The position numbers and the translations under genes are program-made. From NCBI GenBank assembly GCA_036676395.1, contig JAKFCY010000002.1, positions 269,715 through 293,714 on the forward strand: 24,000 nucleotides of DNA. Reading direction: 5' to 3'. How positions within the stretch are numbered: position 1 is the first letter of the stretch; every line of letters starts with the position of its first letter. The notes beneath the pieces are model-generated. The model was given only the letters and a program-made list of their open reading frames with translations. It was not told the origin of the DNA and did not search any database. Shown in pieces: positions 21,870 to 24,000 of this stretch. The stretch comes from Bdellovibrio sp. (GTDB lineage: Bacteria; Bdellovibrionota; Bdellovibrionia; Bdellovibrionales; Bdellovibrionaceae).

Positions 21870-22448
21870 GTGAAATCAAAAATTAACTCACATAACGGCG
21901 ACCAAAAGTTTCCTCAAACCAGATTACACAGTTTGTTAAATGATAATTTACTGGTGTGCATTCGTTTGTGGAGTGGACCTGAGGCTGAACAAAAAGCCGT
22001 GGATGAAATTTCAAGATATCTTTCTGCGGCAGATGCAGATTTAGAAGTGACGACGCCCTTCGACTATATTGAAAGCCTATCTTCATTATCAAATAAAGTG
22101 CGGGTAGCTTTGTTGTTGGCTAACGAAGCCATTTATTTAGATAATAAAGAAAGATATACCCAAGGCTATGAAATCGCGATTTGTTACAAGCATAACAAAG
22201 AAATCAGTATTGGATCAGTGGGCCGTTTTGCATTTACTGCAGAAAAAAAAGATAAACACTTTACGATATTTGAATCAGGCGCATTTTTAGATGATTTGGT
22301 TTTATTACCTACAGATTTATTGGGCATCGAACGCGAAGTAGATATTAAATGCACTTCGGTTTCTACGCGTGATTTAGAAGCCATTCAAATTAGCTCAACG
22401 TTTGACGAAAACACTTATTGGCAAGCGCACCTTAATCAATTTGACTGA
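21870..22448 (+). CDS. Hypothetical 192-aa protein (last gene of the FHA operon; possibly a degenerate PP2C-like fold)
   Basis: The GTG start lies 2 nt after the upstream stop, with GGAG about 10 nt upstream. It has no signal peptide or TM. Segments LLVCIRLWSGPEAEQKAVDEI and GYEIAICYKHNKEISIGSVGRFAF loosely resemble PP2C motifs but lack the metal-binding Asp residues. Confidence 0.6.
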   Translation: MKSKINSHNGDQKFPQTRLHSLLNDNLLVCIRLWSGPEAEQKAVDEISRYLSAADADLEVTTPFDYIESLSSLSNKVRVALLLANEAIYLDNKERYTQGYEIAICYKHNKEISIGSVGRFAFTAEKKDKHFTIFESGAFLDDLVLLPTDLLGIEREVDIKCTSVSTRDLEAIQISSTFDENTYWQAHLNQFD

Positions 22449-22473
22449 TTAATTGCCAATTCTTCGAATTGAG

Positions 22474-24000
22474 TTATAGTACAAAAGCCGGATCGATAAA
22501 AATCAATGGGTGATACCAAACTTTATTGGGCTGATATAAACCCCACATGTTTTCTAAAGCCAGATTCCAAATCGCGATTTTAATTTCTTCAAAATATTTT
22601 TTACGACTTAACTCATAAGTTAGCTTTGCTTTTTCAGAGCTTAAATCAAATAGACTTGCGTGTTTAAACTTTAAATAATCGACGAATAAACTATCATGAC
22701 AAGATTTTAGCTGTGAAAGGCTTGTCGGTGGTTTGCTGATCAGATTTAAACACCCCGAATAGGCCATATCCAGTTTTGTCAGATCTAATTTATCGATTTG
22801 TTTATTTTTAAGCTGTTGATTTAACCAGTACAGATAAAGCGGATGGTTTTCAGAAATTTTTAACGAGAAAAATTCAGCAGCAGGTAAAGTGTTTTTTAAA
22901 TAATCCCGGGCGATCACCGAGCCATTATCTTCAATGGGAGTAATGCTTGTCATAAATAAACGACGAATGCTTGGAATATCCTGCTCCGCATTTTTTTTGT
23001 TATTAAGGTTAACAACTTCAAAGCGATCGGTCGCTAAATTAAAAATTTCGGTTTCATCTTTGCGATCTATAACTAATAATGTCGGGCTGATAATCGCAAA
23101 GTTCAATTGTAGGGGTGATTTGATCCATGTATTAGAGGCTTCAACCAACAGCTGGCGAGTGCCGGCGATGCTGTCAGAGGCTTCACTGTAAAATTGACTG
23201 AGGTTCAACACTGGAAATCCATCAAGTGTTGAGGGTTCGTCTGACGCGAAGAAATTCTTAAGAGTATACCCTATGTCGGCCAGACTTATAGGAATGTCGT
23301 TCTTCCACGAAATGCCTTCATCGCCTTGCATGCGTGGAGGTTTGATTAAAAGTGACACAAGCGTATTTTCAGAGTGTAAATTTAAAAAAGCAGTTTCATT
23401 TAGGCGGTTATAATTATTGCTGCCGCGCAAACCGACAACGTAAACGTAAGTTTTATCCCAAATGCCGCGATCTTTTAGTTCAGTGATAAAGTTAAAGAGT
23501 TTTTCGTCTAATCTTTCAAGGTTAGTCGATGTTGTATCAAGCTCATTTAAAGCCTCGATTTCAGAATTGGTAATCACCGCAAAAAAGGGAGTCGAGTCTT
23601 CTTGTTGCCAATCTAAAAAGCTTTCTGAAGTGGTTTTGAAATCTTTGATAATTTGGTTTGAATATTGAGCGGCTGCTGAATCATCGAAGGTATCAAAGTA
23701 TTTCGATAAGCCAGTCTTTTTAAGTACATGCGGGTTGCCAGCGAAAAACCCAGTGCGATAACCTTTGTGGTATGCAGCCTCTTGTGCGGTTTTAACTTGC
23801 GAGTTTAATTGATCAAAACTGCGATGCACGCCGTGAACCAGCGGATACTGGCCAGTTAATATTGATCCCATCGCGGCAGCAGGTTGTAAGGATGTGGTGT
23901 AAGCATGAGTAAAGCGCATGAACTCTTTACAAATCAGAGCGATACCCGAATTGTCGTCGTTTTTTTCTTCAGAACAGTTCAGACGTTCATTGTCGAGTTG
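22474..24000 (-). CDS. Alkaline-phosphatase-superfamily (sulfatase/NPP-like) protein, 5-prime partial (continues beyond window end)
   Basis: The frame stays open upstream of the track ATG (23919) to base 24000 (…LNCSEEKNDDNSGIALICKEFMRF…). FTHAYTTSLQPAAAMGSILTGQYPLVHGV and KGYRTGFFAG match the sulfatase/NPP core layout. A canonical C/S-x-P-x-R is not readable. Confidence 0.7.
   Translation of the reverse strand, partial: QLDNERLNCSEEKNDDNSGIALICKEFMRFTHAYTTSLQPAAAMGSILTGQYPLVHGVHRSFDQLNSQVKTAQEAAYHKGYRTGFFAGNPHVLKKTGLSKYFDTFDDSAAAQYSNQIIKDFKTTSESFLDWQQEDSTPFFAVITNSEIEALNELDTTSTNLERLDEKLFNFITELKDRGIWDKTYVYVVGLRGSNNYNRLNETAFLNLHSENTLVSLLIKPPRMQGDEGISWKNDIPISLADIGYTLKNFFASDEPSTLDGFPVLNLSQFYSEASDSIAGTRQLLVEASNTWIKSPLQLNFAIISPTLLVIDRKDETEIFNLATDRFEVVNLNNKKNAEQDIPSIRRLFMTSITPIEDNGSVIARDYLKNTLPAAEFFSLKISENHPLYLYWLNQQLKNKQIDKLDLTKLDMAYSGCLNLISKPPTSLSQLKSCHDSLFVDYLKFKHASLFDLSSEKAKLTYELSRKKYFEEIKIAIWNLALENMWGLYQPNKVWYHPLIFIDPAFVL

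Noticed and set aside
22457-22471. CAATTC-TTC-GAATTG hairpin between the convergent FHA-operon end and the sulfatase-like gene
   Set aside because: It has a 6-bp AT-rich stem without a T-run, too weak to call a terminator.
21883-23668. Antisense ORFs 21883-22092, 22184-22384, 22934-23191, 23462-23668
   Set aside because: They are short shadows opposite longer, better-supported ORFs.
1-24000. Scan for CRISPR arrays, tRNA/rRNA genes, IS elements, integrases, prophage or defence-system genes
   Set aside because: I saw no regularly spaced direct repeats, cloverleaf-compatible intergenic segments, transposase- or integrase-like ORFs, or terminal inverted repeats. The tandem paralogues at 1287-2705 have no mobile-element hallmarks.

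Overview
This window reads as a contiguous chromosomal segment of a moderately AT-rich Gram-negative bacterium. I recognised no rRNA, tRNA, CRISPR array, transposase or integrase. There are about 22 credible protein genes. Confident housekeeping calls: valS (6634-9333, -), preceded by a translationally coupled MFS transporter and small rhodanese; a division-associated minus-strand cluster (Maf::YggS fusion 14365-15585, proC 13509-14354, DivIVA 12871-13356); and a 2OG-Fe(II) oxygenase (203-1192). The left third (1287-6577) is a run of five signal-peptide or membrane-anchored proteins of unknown function, including a tandem pair of paralogues with a CX5R phosphatase-type P-loop. The most interesting part is a tightly packed six-gene plus-strand operon (15616-22448). 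It encodes a TadB/TadC-type (T2SSF) platform protein, a DUF192 protein, three membrane-anchored FHA-domain proteins and a 192-aa unknown. One FHA protein carries Cache-like/HAMP/PAS sensor modules, one has TPR-like repeats, and one has two FHA domains. No cognate ATPase, secretin, pilin or Ser/Thr kinase lies in the window. The gene content (DivIVA in a Gram-negative context, many secreted unknowns, Tad-like plus FHA genes) is reminiscent of Bdellovibrio-like predatory bacteria, but that is inference only. All family assignments are by-eye motif recognition on the supplied translations; no database search or structure prediction was possible.
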